A stretch of DNA of 64,000 bases, taken from Phoronis australis. Its lineage: Eukaryota; Animalia; Phoronida. The translations under genes were made by a program, and so were the position numbers. Shown one piece after another: positions 27,201 through 37,816 of this stretch. The first letter of the stretch is position 1. The number at the start of each line of letters is the position of its first letter. The notes beneath the pieces were generated by a model, which was given only the letters and a program-made list of their open reading frames with translations, was not told the origin of the DNA and made no database searches. The stretch is from NCBI GenBank assembly GCA_002633005.1, contig NMRA01000285.1:488970-552969 (forward strand), in the 5' to 3' direction.

Positions 27201-30200
27201 TGCTGTTTTGAAGATACATTTGAAAAAAGAAGCCACTCACTCACTGTTTGTTATCATATTGTGAATACGAACACGTACGGGTATTCGTTTGACGTTCGTA
27301 AGCAGACGAACGCTGGAAACTTCAACGACAGATGTCGCAGGACCGCGCAGAAAAGGAAATAAGATCGTTCACGACTTTAGGGCACTCACGACTTTAGGGC
27401 CTCTGACGGTATATATTTCAATATGTCAATCTATATTCATTACATTTTTCTTAATTTGACATGCACGTGCACGGAAAGCGAGATGTGTTACCTTTTTGTG
27501 ATCAGAAGAATTCCTCTTGTCCGATGTTTTGCGCAACGAGAATCTAACAGTTGTTTGATGTGTAGTTTTCACTTAATTGGTTTTATTGATTATCTCTCAT
27601 TATTTTTACCGCTTTAAAAGTCATTAGTTTAGCTCTGCGACAATTACACGGTACTAATTTGCTGAAAGCTTATTGGCTTTCATGCTGATATTAAGGAGAC
27701 TACTATTTTATGATAACGATCTTGCACAAATCCTCCCCTCACTCCATTTTTTACTTTAGTGCCCTAACATTCATATCCACTGTTCAAAGGACTTTCGTTT
27801 TGACCTATTCTTCACCCTTCAACCTAACATTCCGGTCACTCACAGAAGAGGTCATGCGAGAAGAAAAGCTCTGTTTGGTTTTGGCCTGTCAGAAACCTTT
27901 TTAATAAACTACAATAATAACGCTTCTGCAACAAATGCATTTTACTAAACGACATAGACGTACCAAATATCTGACACGGATGCAGCTGGGGATGCCTTAA
28001 CTCATTGGCTAAGTGTGTTGAAGATCATGTCCGAAGGACAGTTGAGGCCCTGGCTTTAGGTAAAGGTCCCCCGAATTGTTATTGGGAATTTGTATGTGTA
28101 TTGCAAACTTAGCAGAAGCACAATAACTATTCGTCGATACATGTACATGTACATTGACTCATGTTTTTATCCGTAAGTTATCCCGGTGAATGTTCACTTT
28201 TTGAGATTGAAACACTCGACAACTGATATAATATCCCTGCCGCCTACCCTCGCCGCAATAGACGTTTCAGAAGTTACATCTCGACAGTTCAAAAATGAAA
28301 GGAAGTGAGCGAAATGGGATTTTTTATTCTGGAACGTTTTCAAATAACATTTAGAATTTTTGATGGTTTGTTATAATACCTCCACATACGTCAGTTCTGA
28401 ATGTGCGTCATAGCTATCTTCTGTACAAGTATATTGAAGTGTCGACTTCTGAATGGAAGACATTCAACAAAATTATAGCTCTCTAGTGAACTTTCGCCTC
28501 TTGGTTTACATATAGGCCGAAAAAGAGAACATTAAAATCGCTTAGGAAAATGTCGGTGTTTTTAAGTTTTGAGTGATTAGGGAAACCTTAAATTACAACA
28601 GGGGTTCGAGGTACTAAACCCTCAAATTAATGTTGTGGAAGTTTTTAAATAATGTGGTAGTGAGGAGCTACGAGATTTCGATCATCTGACGTTTTATCAG
28701 TGTGTGGTTATCCCCCCTTTGTATATTAGTCGCACAGAGGCAGATGTGACTGGAGTGATCTGGTATAATTACAAAATCTTGGGATCCATTCCGGAAGTCA
28801 GTTTGTGTGCTACGGGCCATTCGATGCTCACTCTGAGACGATTATTCACTTTAAGTCCCTTTCGACTGGTGCTTCAAATAAATCGTCTCGTCACCAATAA
28901 TTTTCCCCGGCACCACCTCCGTTTTCATGCAAATTGTATGCAAAACGCTACACACTATATTTACACTCTCAACTGAAAATTATTGGAGACAACTCACTCG
29001 ACACAATTCTGGCGAACACGATCTCTTCTCTTTCAGCTCCAATTTGTCGACTGCCCAGCCTATTGAAATTGTGGGAGAAAGCAGCACACGCTGGTAAGAT
29101 AGTTTTGAAACAGCTATTCATTTAACATAATGTCACACGCCATGTCGACATTTTATTATTGCTTGTATTTGTGGGTTAACAGTACTATTATTGAAACTGG
29201 GAAGGAGTTCCCTGCCAAATAGGCCTTATTGGCAAACATTACAGTTCAGGAGATAGATTTTGTTACATTTTTGTGAATGAATGCTAAATGTCTCAAGTAC
29301 ACTTTCTGTAACGACTACATCTCTGTAGGCTGGTGTCGTTCTAGGCCAGTTTCACGAAACTTGCAAATTTGCGTTGATTCGATTTTGTAATGATTGATCA
29401 AGAAAACTAACGTGCTTGGTACCTTTTCTACAACAAATCTTACAATTTTCATAATGCAGGCTTGCTTCTAATAACATTTGTTTCTTTCTAGTTAAAGAGG
29501 GGAACTTAAAGCCTAAGCACGACGCAGAATCCTGTCCTCTCCCGTGCCATCGCCATATTGTTGAGCCTCAAGTTAGCCTGGCACAAATGACGTCATATAG
29601 CAAGTTTGCGTTTAAACCAGGCATGGCCCAAAAGTACCAGCGTGCGCGAGAACTGGCAATGCGTGTGAACGTAGAGCAAGTGAAGAAAGACAGAGAGTTC
29701 TTCAAGAAACTGGAAACGGGAATCAAGGAACTCGAAACGTCTTGTCACAGAATAAATGAAAACATTGAATATTTGGAGAAGGAAGTCGGTCAGCTTAATA
29801 ATTCGTTGAGTACCATTTTAAGAGTTCATTCGAAAATTCTTGAGGATATTTCGAAAAATGTCATTCACGTCGAATTATGCTGGGAACTGTTCATGAGCAA
29901 AGTCAAAAGTTCCCTTGAATACGAAAATGTCATTACTTATGGTATGGTGTACACCCGAAGTAATTCTAATGATAATGGATTGAGTGACATTTTTTTAGAA
30001 TCGGAAATAGATAGACAGTCTTCTATACTTGAAGATCATTTGAGGTTGGTGAAAACTCTTAACAAATCATTTTCTCTACTGGAGTTCTATATTGCTATCT
30101 TACCATCGCGGTCTGGAAGCAACGAAGACCGGAAGTACATGAACATAATCATGAAGCCAAACGAAAACAAAGAAATCACGCGCTTTTCATCAGAATTACA

Positions 30201-33200
30201 TCAACTCCTTTCTCGTTATACCGAAAACCTAAGAACATTAGATCCACGCAGGTTTGAGCCAATCGACACCGAAAAGGCGCGAAAGGTTTTCGACGATATT
30301 GCCGGAAAACTCGATGTGCTTGCAATAACATCTGAAGAAAACTTTCTTCTACAAAAACAATACCTGATTGAAGAAAGGCAAAAAACTGAAAACTTACTAA
30401 AGAGACTTCATTATCAAGTTAATGAGACATGGAAATCTCTCCAACAACCGAAGATGATTATCAAAAACCAGCGATTTGAAAGATGGTTCGCATTTACGAC
30501 ACAGGTTCAAGATTACTTAGATGATAGCAACAATGTGTCACGCTTGGATCTTGCAAACACGACGAATCATTTGTTTTCAGATGCTCAAAAGTTAAAGAGA
30601 AAAATGTCACGAGTGAAAACAAGTTCTTCACTAATACGAAGTGGTTTGTACGACCTCAAAGGACAGCTGGACACTATTGTCGATACCTTACACATGCAAG
30701 CTAGTGGACCACTTATCAACATTTACAAAACTATTGAGAATGGGCTGGTGACTAAGGAGGCAAATTCCACGAAGTTTATTATAGCGAGCACGTTGTTAAG
30801 TTCTGGGTGCGTCACTGAAATGCAACTTTCTCATGTGCTAAACAGCACACCAACGTTTAAGGAGATTCTCGACTTCAGTATATATGACTTAGCCAATTAC
30901 CGCAACATATGGCAGGACGCCTTCAAGACTGAGTGGAAGCGGATTCGAAAACGTGCCAGAATTTCTGATCAAATTGAACATAAACATACGGAGTTTGTCC
31001 AGCTGTTTAAAGAGTTCCACAATGAAATGAAAAGCTTTCAGAAAGGCAATGCACTGGATGATTCTTTTATTCAGTAAGCTACTTCGTCAGGCCTTTGCGT
31101 CAAAACCCTTGTATTATACACTGCAACGTGCAAGAGGTGAAACCAAAAAAACACTCGATACAGGCTCCCGTTCAGTAACGCTAGGACCTCGCTAAAAAGC
31201 ATGACTTCGCGAGATTACATGAAATTACGTGAGATATTGCCATGTATTTTAAATGAGAGCACGTGACTGATTAGATTTTAGCTAGGTCCTAGCGTAGGTC
31301 CTAGCGTCTACTGAACGCACGCCTGTTTCAGCAACCGCAGGAAGCTTACTGTTACTGGACCAATTATCTTTTTGAAAATTTACTCTGTGTGTTGTCTCAG
31401 CCTGCGAAAGTTTGGAGCAAGTTTATTAACGCCATGTTAAGTTTTCCAAATAACGTTATTAGTAACCCTTTAGTATGTGATTTCCCGTCAGCCACATGGG
31501 GCCCGTTTTGGCATCGGTCATTAGTAAGGTCTAGTCTAAGCCTAACCCATGGCATCCGTTTAGCCATGTTAGAAATTACTTTTAAAGTTTGTTAGCCAAT
31601 GTCCGGAATACATGTTGTACAGGTAGAACGCAAAGAGACAGAAAAATGACCGGCCGAAACGCCGTGTCCCCGGCCGGAACGTCGTGCCGGGCACGACGTT
31701 CCGGCCGGTCATTTGTCTGGACCATTAGAAATGTTTCGCAAATTGCCTGAAAGAGACCAATAGATTTAAATGCGATTGCACAAAATCTGTAGCAAATTCT
31801 TTACTGATTGAAATATACAGAGCTGATTTTGTGCCTTTTAAAGGGCTGAGAATCCTAGGTAACACACTGAAAGCAGACAACACCATACACATTGTGAAAA
31901 GCCGAAAGTCGTATGTAGCCGAACCGCCCATTTGTACATATGCAGGTTATCCCACATTCATAGGAATACTACTGCCATCGAGATTTGATTTCAACTGGGA
32001 ATGTCCCAATAAGACCAGAGATGGAGTTGTGAAATTTTATAAATTCACGGCGAATTGAATGGCCAGATTTACACATACATGAATACGACATAAATGGAAT
32101 TGCTATTCAAGATACAGTTAATATAGTTCTTGTTATAAGACATTGTATTTTGTTTCAGGAACAACATGATTCAAGTTGACGTCTATCTGCAGGATTTAAG
32201 CTACGAACATATTCAGCAGAGGAAGGCCTATGACACGATTTCATTATTGGGTATAAAATTTTACTTTCTTTAACAAACTGTCGCTGAATTTGGTGTATGG
32301 TGCATAAAAGCTTTATGTATTTCCACTTAAATGCTGTCTGCAAGACATGTGACAAAATAAACAGTGGCGATACTAACTTACTGCAGTATAAGTAATACAT
32401 GCAGTTGTTATAGAGGCAACGATGAGCGCCATGATCCAGCATGCAGCACGTATTGTTGAACTTGCAAGAATTATGCGATGGGCGTAAACTGGTCGCATGG
32501 TTATAATTTACCAGGCGTATCATCGTTTTCCTTTGTTGCATCTTTGTTGGACATAACAGTGCAGGTAGCATGAATATCGTACTTTGGTCGTACACTTGAG
32601 GGTTAATCGTAAATGTTCCTTTATTGTAACTACGGGATCTACCGATTGCTATGCGACCAGCGCTTGCTACCAGGTTTCACGTGGGGATGGCATTTAGAAC
32701 AGCTATGAAAAGAAACGTGGGCCTGCACAGAGCTTTACAACTAGAAAGTTCGATCTTAATAAATAACGGTTTAATGTTTTACATCAATTTAGGTCCCGGT
32801 TTTAGTACTTTGCAGATATTTAAAGATTTTTATTGTCCTTATACTACCCTTTTTCACAAACTCCCATACAGACATTTTGTCGTCACCTACCGGGATATTA
32901 CAAAGTTATTTTAGTACCCGGCTGTTTGTACAACTCAGTTTCAACTAAAGGATTGAGGTTTGTTTATTTCCGCATTTTCTGCATAGATTCTATCATTTAT
33001 ACTGGAATGATATAAATCCGTTAAATTCCTATTATCCACCAAATGTATTGAAATCCAAGCTCTTTCAGTTTGCTCACTGAATTCGGCCAAATTTGTATGG
33101 GATTGAATTGCAGAAGGTCAAAACCTATGCCCGTGTCTATCTGGAAGCTTTGTGTATCTGAACAAATATTATAGTTTGATGATCATCGATTTATAAAAGA

Positions 33201-33912
33201 TAACACAATACAAAAATTTTGACTTTGTGCAATAGCCCAGTTCAGGTGCTCAATAATCCGAACTTGGAATGGAAGTCGGAAACGCTGACCGGTAATTAGA
33301 CAACCTTTCTCGAAATGTCTCTTTGCTTAGCGTTTCTATATTAAAGCGTCAAACGAGGATATTCAAGCGAAATAATTATGTTAACAGTTTTGCGATAGTA
33401 AAACAATTTTATAATCTGTCAATGGAGTGTTATTTTCCGAATACTTATATGCTAATTCATGTCGGTGATCGCTGGAAATTCCACAATCAAATCATTTTTT
33501 TGTTTTTTTATTTCGATATCATATCGCAGGGATTGTTTACTGGTCTAGAAACGGCTGTTTCAGGTAACTGAATTGGTGTCACAATTCGCTTTAGGGAGTT
33601 TTGCCAAAAATGAAGAAAATGGAGTCTTTTAATACAGCTACTTTGATATTATTTTGTTTAAATATATTTTCAGGTGACATTGGCGGATCTATGGGACTAT
33701 TTGTCGGTGCATCTTGTCTGTCGTTGTTTGAAATAGTGGATGCAGCAATTCATCATTTTCTGGCAATTTTCCCAAACTGCAGAAAAAATTTCCGCGTACA
33801 GTTTTCCCTCATAAGACACCGAACTCGAAAGCGGAAAACTGGCCACTCCAACGTCCCAAGGAATGACGCACAAACTGCCTCAGATTTCGGAATTGCACAA
33901 ACGGCTGTTTAA
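18108..33912 (+). CDS. DEG/ENaC (amiloride-sensitive sodium channel, ASIC-like) subunit, ~971 aa, with a very large knuckle-domain insertion
   Basis: Exons 18108-18253, 21466-21633, 22081-22239, 22704-22828, 25073-25254, 26083-26248, 29037-29093, 29492-31073, 32159-32250, 33674-33912 (2916 nt, one open frame, all GT-AG). Motifs TTIHG, TM1, FPAVTICNQN, GVCFSFN, GLRLKL, VSPG, CPLPC, AYDTISLLGDIGGSMGLFVGAS. Confidence 0.92.
21466..21633 (+). CDS. Channel exon 2 (TM1, FPAVTICN)
   Basis: LLWAVAVGAGVSIFLYQV...IKFPAVTICNQNAF. Confidence 0.93.
22081..22239 (+). CDS. Channel exon 3 (short finger domain)
   Basis: LTKVHELGWHQM...WAAHDKRDLIVE; phase 2/2. Confidence 0.88.
22704..22828 (+). CDS. Channel exon 4
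   Basis: CKWRGEDCSADDF...TDHGVCFSFN. Confidence 0.93.
25073..25254 (+). CDS. Channel exon 5
   Basis: GAKYGLRLKLNSEHYEY...GVKLLVHDQEEIP...GIAVSPG. Confidence 0.93.
26083..26248 (+). CDS. Channel exon 6 (thumb)
   Basis: PPHGKC...YSISAC...GCRYAYM. Confidence 0.9.
29037..29093 (+). CDS. Channel exon 7 (57-nt thumb exon)
   Basis: Polypyrimidine-cag acceptor, gtaaga donor, phase 1/1, APICRLPSLLKLWEKAAHA. Confidence 0.78.
29492..31073 (+). CDS. Channel exon 8 (1582 nt): end of thumb, then ~470-aa helical/coiled-coil knuckle insertion
   Basis: ttctag acceptor; ESCPLPCHRHIVEPQVSLAQ runs in frame into ORF 29587-31077; donor CA|GTAAGC at 31074 is in phase with exon 9. Confidence 0.9.
31161..31325. 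mobile_element. MITE in channel intron 8
   Basis: caggctcccgttcagtaacgctaggacc ... ggtcctagcgtctactgaacgcacgcctg. Confidence 0.65.
32159..32250 (+). CDS. Channel exon 9
   Basis: NNMIQVDVYLQDLSYEHIQQRKAYDTISLL. Confidence 0.92.
33674..33912 (+). CDS. Channel exon 10 (TM2, GAS filter, C-terminus QTAV)
   Basis: GDIGGSMGLFVGASCLSLFEIVD...QTAV*. Confidence 0.94.
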
Positions 33913-34969
33913 TAGAGTGCTGAAGAAGAAAGCACATTTGAAGCCAATGCAAATGCCATGTAACGATTGAAAATTTGGAGTGTAGAGTTTTGTGTATACC
34001 TATGTATAATAAGCTTGGAGAAAGTGGTTCGCTAGTGATCGATAGATGGCGATATAATCTGACACTGTCGAGAGTTCGCGCTTTGTGTGTCAGGCAAACT
34101 AAGAAAGATGGCAGCGCGTAAGCGACCTCACCCCTATTACTCTAATCGTTACTTCGTGTTACGCTAGTTTGAACTGTTGAAATGAACGCATAAGCAATAC
34201 AAGCGAATATTTTCAAGATTCTATCATTAAATTTTTATTTGAACTTTGTAGTCGAGCTTTATACATTTTTTTCAACTTTTCTTAACGATCGTTTGTTGTA
34301 AACGGAAAGAAGAAGAAAAGGCATCCCAATAGTGCACTGAGGTACGGGGCGGTGATCTGGCGATTTCTATCATATCGACATGCCTTACTCCTACGATTAT
34401 TCTCGTATATAGTACTTAGTACTTGAATGATCGCAAATGTTCATTGCACGATAAAATCTGTATTCTATCCCCACTGCAGAATTTCATCAACAGTGTGGGC
34501 TCCAAGTGGCTTGAGCTCCGGATTCCTGTTTGAGAGACCTGGCTTCGAATCCCGGCTTCTCTGGCTGACAAACGAGCATTTGCGCAAATGTGTTTCCTAC
34601 TCATCGGTCTTATTAGTGAATGTATGCAAGGGATTCAGTTAATGAGAACCTAGATGTAATGCGAAAGCGATGTGGGGGGTGTGCGAAAAAAATCATCTGA
34701 ATGTAGTTTTGTGTATGGTGCATTCAGTTGCAAGCTTTGATACCCTATCCCAATTAGGGGGGAACAACAATAGGCCCGACTTGAAAAAAAAACAGTTGCC
34801 TGGACTGCAAAACCGATGTTCGGTGATCAAACGTGTTATCCGAGACTTCAAAACGCGATGGCTTCACCCAAAAAACTAGGTGGCTGGACCCAAACTATGG
34901 CCGGTGCTATAACCAGTTGGCTGTTTGAATACTGGCCAATCTGTTTTACATGTAGGTTCGGTAAACCCA

Positions 34970-35720
34970 TTTTCTTACGCCCACATATTTACATATATAT
35001 ATGTGTACACCTTATACAGTCATCCCCACCCGTCCGCCCGGCGTCCGGTGCTCTATCTCCAAAACCCTTTAACGTATGTTCATGAAACTGATTTTGCACG
35101 TGTTTCTTTCATGGATGGGACGGCATGAGCGAACTTTCGGACGGATCCGACTACCGATGTGCCGTCTAATGGCAATTTAAGTTTTTACGTTTACCTCTGT
35201 ATCTTAATGGTCCTCACGGATTTTCATAAAATTTGGCATATGGGCATCTATGAGTGAGATGACGCTATCGTCCCGTTTTCGGATGGATTCGAGATTTTTG
35301 CAGCACCTAGTGGCCAATTTCATTGTTTTTCTAGTCTGTTGTTTGGCGTCCGCCCCTCTATCAACCAAACTGCTTTAAGGATGATTATAAAAATTTGAAT
35401 ATATGTTCTTACTATGAAGAGGACTGTTGACGACGATTTTCCGAAGTCTTCGGTTACTGTGGCCCACCTAGTGACAGTTTTGTTTTGCGCTCATAGCTGT
35501 ATCTCCTAAGCCCTCTGCAGGATCTTCATTAAATTTAGCAAGTGTATTTATATGAACAGACGACGACGACTTTCAGACGGATCTGACTATTGGTGTGCCT
35601 CTATTGGCAATTTTAGTTTTTTACGTTTACCGCTGTATCTTCAAACGCCCTAAACGGGTTTTCATTAAATTTGGTCATAGGCATCTTTAGGTGAAATGAC
35701 GCTATCTTTCCGGTTTCGGA
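34970..35720 (+). repeat. Array of five ~145-bp diverged units, HINE/pearl-like (Helentron-associated) element
   Basis: Recurrent tatct...ttcat(g/t)aaa(c/t)ttgg core at ~35054, 35199, 35358, 35500, 35636, preceded by a ccgtccgcccggcgtccg tract. Confidence 0.6.
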
Positions 35721-36585
35721 TTTTTTGGAACGAGTGGTTTCAAAAGGGTATACGATACGTATACGACTTAATTGACCCTGACAAAAGATATATTTATGAT
35801 TATCATACCTTTTGTACACGTTTTCAATTTTGTCCTTGTATTACTCATTGTTATGGAATTCGAAGTTCAATACTTCGTTCTTGGAATCATCTAAGAGACA
35901 AGAGTACTACAGCCACTCCACTTTTCCAGAACATATCTTTCGAATTTCCTCGGAAAATAAAGGGACGGGGAAAATCTATCAGTTATGCGATGATACTCAG
36001 TCTTGGAAAAAAGTTCTTTTTGTAATTTATCATTGTACTTCCGATGTCAGACTCAGATGGTGTCAATTCCTTATCAACCACAGACTTATTGGTACAAACT
36101 CTTATTTAAAGAAAATAGGTGTTAGTGAATCGTCTTTATGTTCTTTCTGTGAGCAACACGAAGAAACAATTTTACATTTGTATTGGGAATGTTCACTTGT
36201 TCAGAAGTTTTGGGGATGTTTCAAACCATGGATGATAAATCAGTGGGATTTCCCTCTGCAGTTAAATATGCCAACCGCCTTGTTTGAAGATCCAGCCTGT
36301 AGATTAGAAGTTGTAAATTTAATTCTTTGATTAGCGAAATTTCACTTATAAAGGCAAAGATTGTAAAAGGCCAAGCCCAATTTTCACTCATTTTTACGTA
36401 AGGTATGTGATAACCACAATCTGGAAAAATTATTTACAATTATAAATTTAATCCTGAGAGATTCCAGGCAAGGTGGTCTTTTTTGCTTAGCAACTAGCTA
36501 ATTTGTTTGAAGCACTTGACTAGATTTAATATTGCTGTACAACTATGTACAAGTTGGTTGAATTAATAAATAATTCATTAAAAAC
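35720..36585 (+). mobile_element. 5'-truncated L1/Tx1-clade LINE, 3' end of ORF2 (zf-RVT), decayed
   Basis: LRWCQFLINHRLIGTNSYLKKIG...LCSFCEQHEETILHLYWEC..VQKFW; frameshift and stops; AATAAA plus short A-run at 36565-36584. Confidence 0.85.
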
Positions 36586-37666
36586 GCTCAGTTTTTTGAT
36601 TAACGAGTTAGAGTGGAGGCCACTAAATAAGGTTTAAGATAACCTTAAAGAAAAACAGTGAAAATACGGTCGTCTGAATAAACTCACACGGTTCTTGGCA
36701 ATACGCAACATCAGGGTGTGGGCTTTACGCAGAGCTTGGGCATGAGGACTTAGAAGGCGCAGATGGTTGTTTACCTGTTCTATCACGCAACTGGTTTCAC
36801 CATTTTGCATCCTTGCACGGTATTATTGGAATGCGCATTAATCCAAAGAGCTAATCACGTCTGCTTCAATAAAAATGGTACGTACGTCATGTACTTGTAT
36901 CTCTAGCCCGAAGTGGAACACTTAAACAATTCAAAGTAAGGTTCACAGGAACCCAACCATCCATCTCTGAAATGTGATGCTCCGATAGAAGCCAAATCTG
37001 TACTTTAGTTCTCTGCAGTCCCACGTAATCTTGTATTGTAATGCATGATATCTCGCAAAGATTAACCTTGTCTTACTGAACACACCTCGGTTCTGGAAAA
37101 TAGCTCATTCTCAGACCATTCCTATAAAGCAATAGGTTACGTTACCGTCACCAGAACTTGTGTTTGCACTAACGTGGAGCTCCGACTTGTGAAGCATGTA
37201 GTTGTCTGCAATTTTGTAAAAAATAGGGTCTGATCGCCGCCAGGCTCATTTTTAATCATGTGCTCAAATGTTTAAAAAAACTATTTCAGCTAGCATCAGA
37301 TGACCCAAATCACATTAATCAGCTTTCCTCAGTTGGATTTTGTTTTTGGAAATATGAAATAAAACAATTAATCGATTTTCAAAACGCACCTGATGCAAAT
37401 CTGTTATTTTCCTAGTCCTCAGATACATTTCTGTCCCAGTCTATACTGTATTATAAGATTGCCAACATACCGCTTTACGTTTTTATGATAATATGAACAT
37501 ACAACAAACTGAAATGAACAAGGAAAAAGAAAAAAAGAAAGCCGACGAAATTATAGCTAAATCGAAATGTCGCAGCCAATGACAATACATGTCATCAACT
37601 TAATCTGCATCTTCCATACGGTTTTATGTCATTAATAATCCGGATGTGGCTATGCGCAAATGAATA

Positions 37667-37816
37667 TCAATATCCGTCAGGTCGACCGCCTTTCCTAAAG
37701 TCTGAATAAGCCTGCAAGCCTTCGTCGGTCACAAAAATGGCTTGGACACTGGACGGTCGTAGACTAAAGGTGTTGGACATGTTGTGGCCCATCTTCTCAA
37801 GTGCAGTAATCACATC
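37667..37816 (-). CDS. GGT: GGT-B terminal exon 12
   Basis: [13 protein letters not shown]...VQAI...[14 protein letters not shown]. Confidence 0.92.
   Translation of the reverse strand, partial: DVITALEKMGHNMSNTFSLRPSSVQAIFVTDEGLQAYSDFRKGGRPDGY

Noticed and set aside
30930-30965. Furin site in the channel insert (KRIRKRAR)
   Set aside because: Polybasic but does not fit R-X-K/R-R, and lies in a predicted helix; protease activation cannot be claimed
29587-31077. Stand-alone 496-aa coiled-coil gene
   Set aside because: The frame is open upstream into the channel CPLPC motif, and its apparent stop lies within a GTAAGC splice donor; it is channel exon 8
34528-34570. B-box-like GGCTTCGAATCCC (similar weak motif at 9090-9125)
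   Set aside because: No convincing A box or cloverleaf; at most a SINE relic
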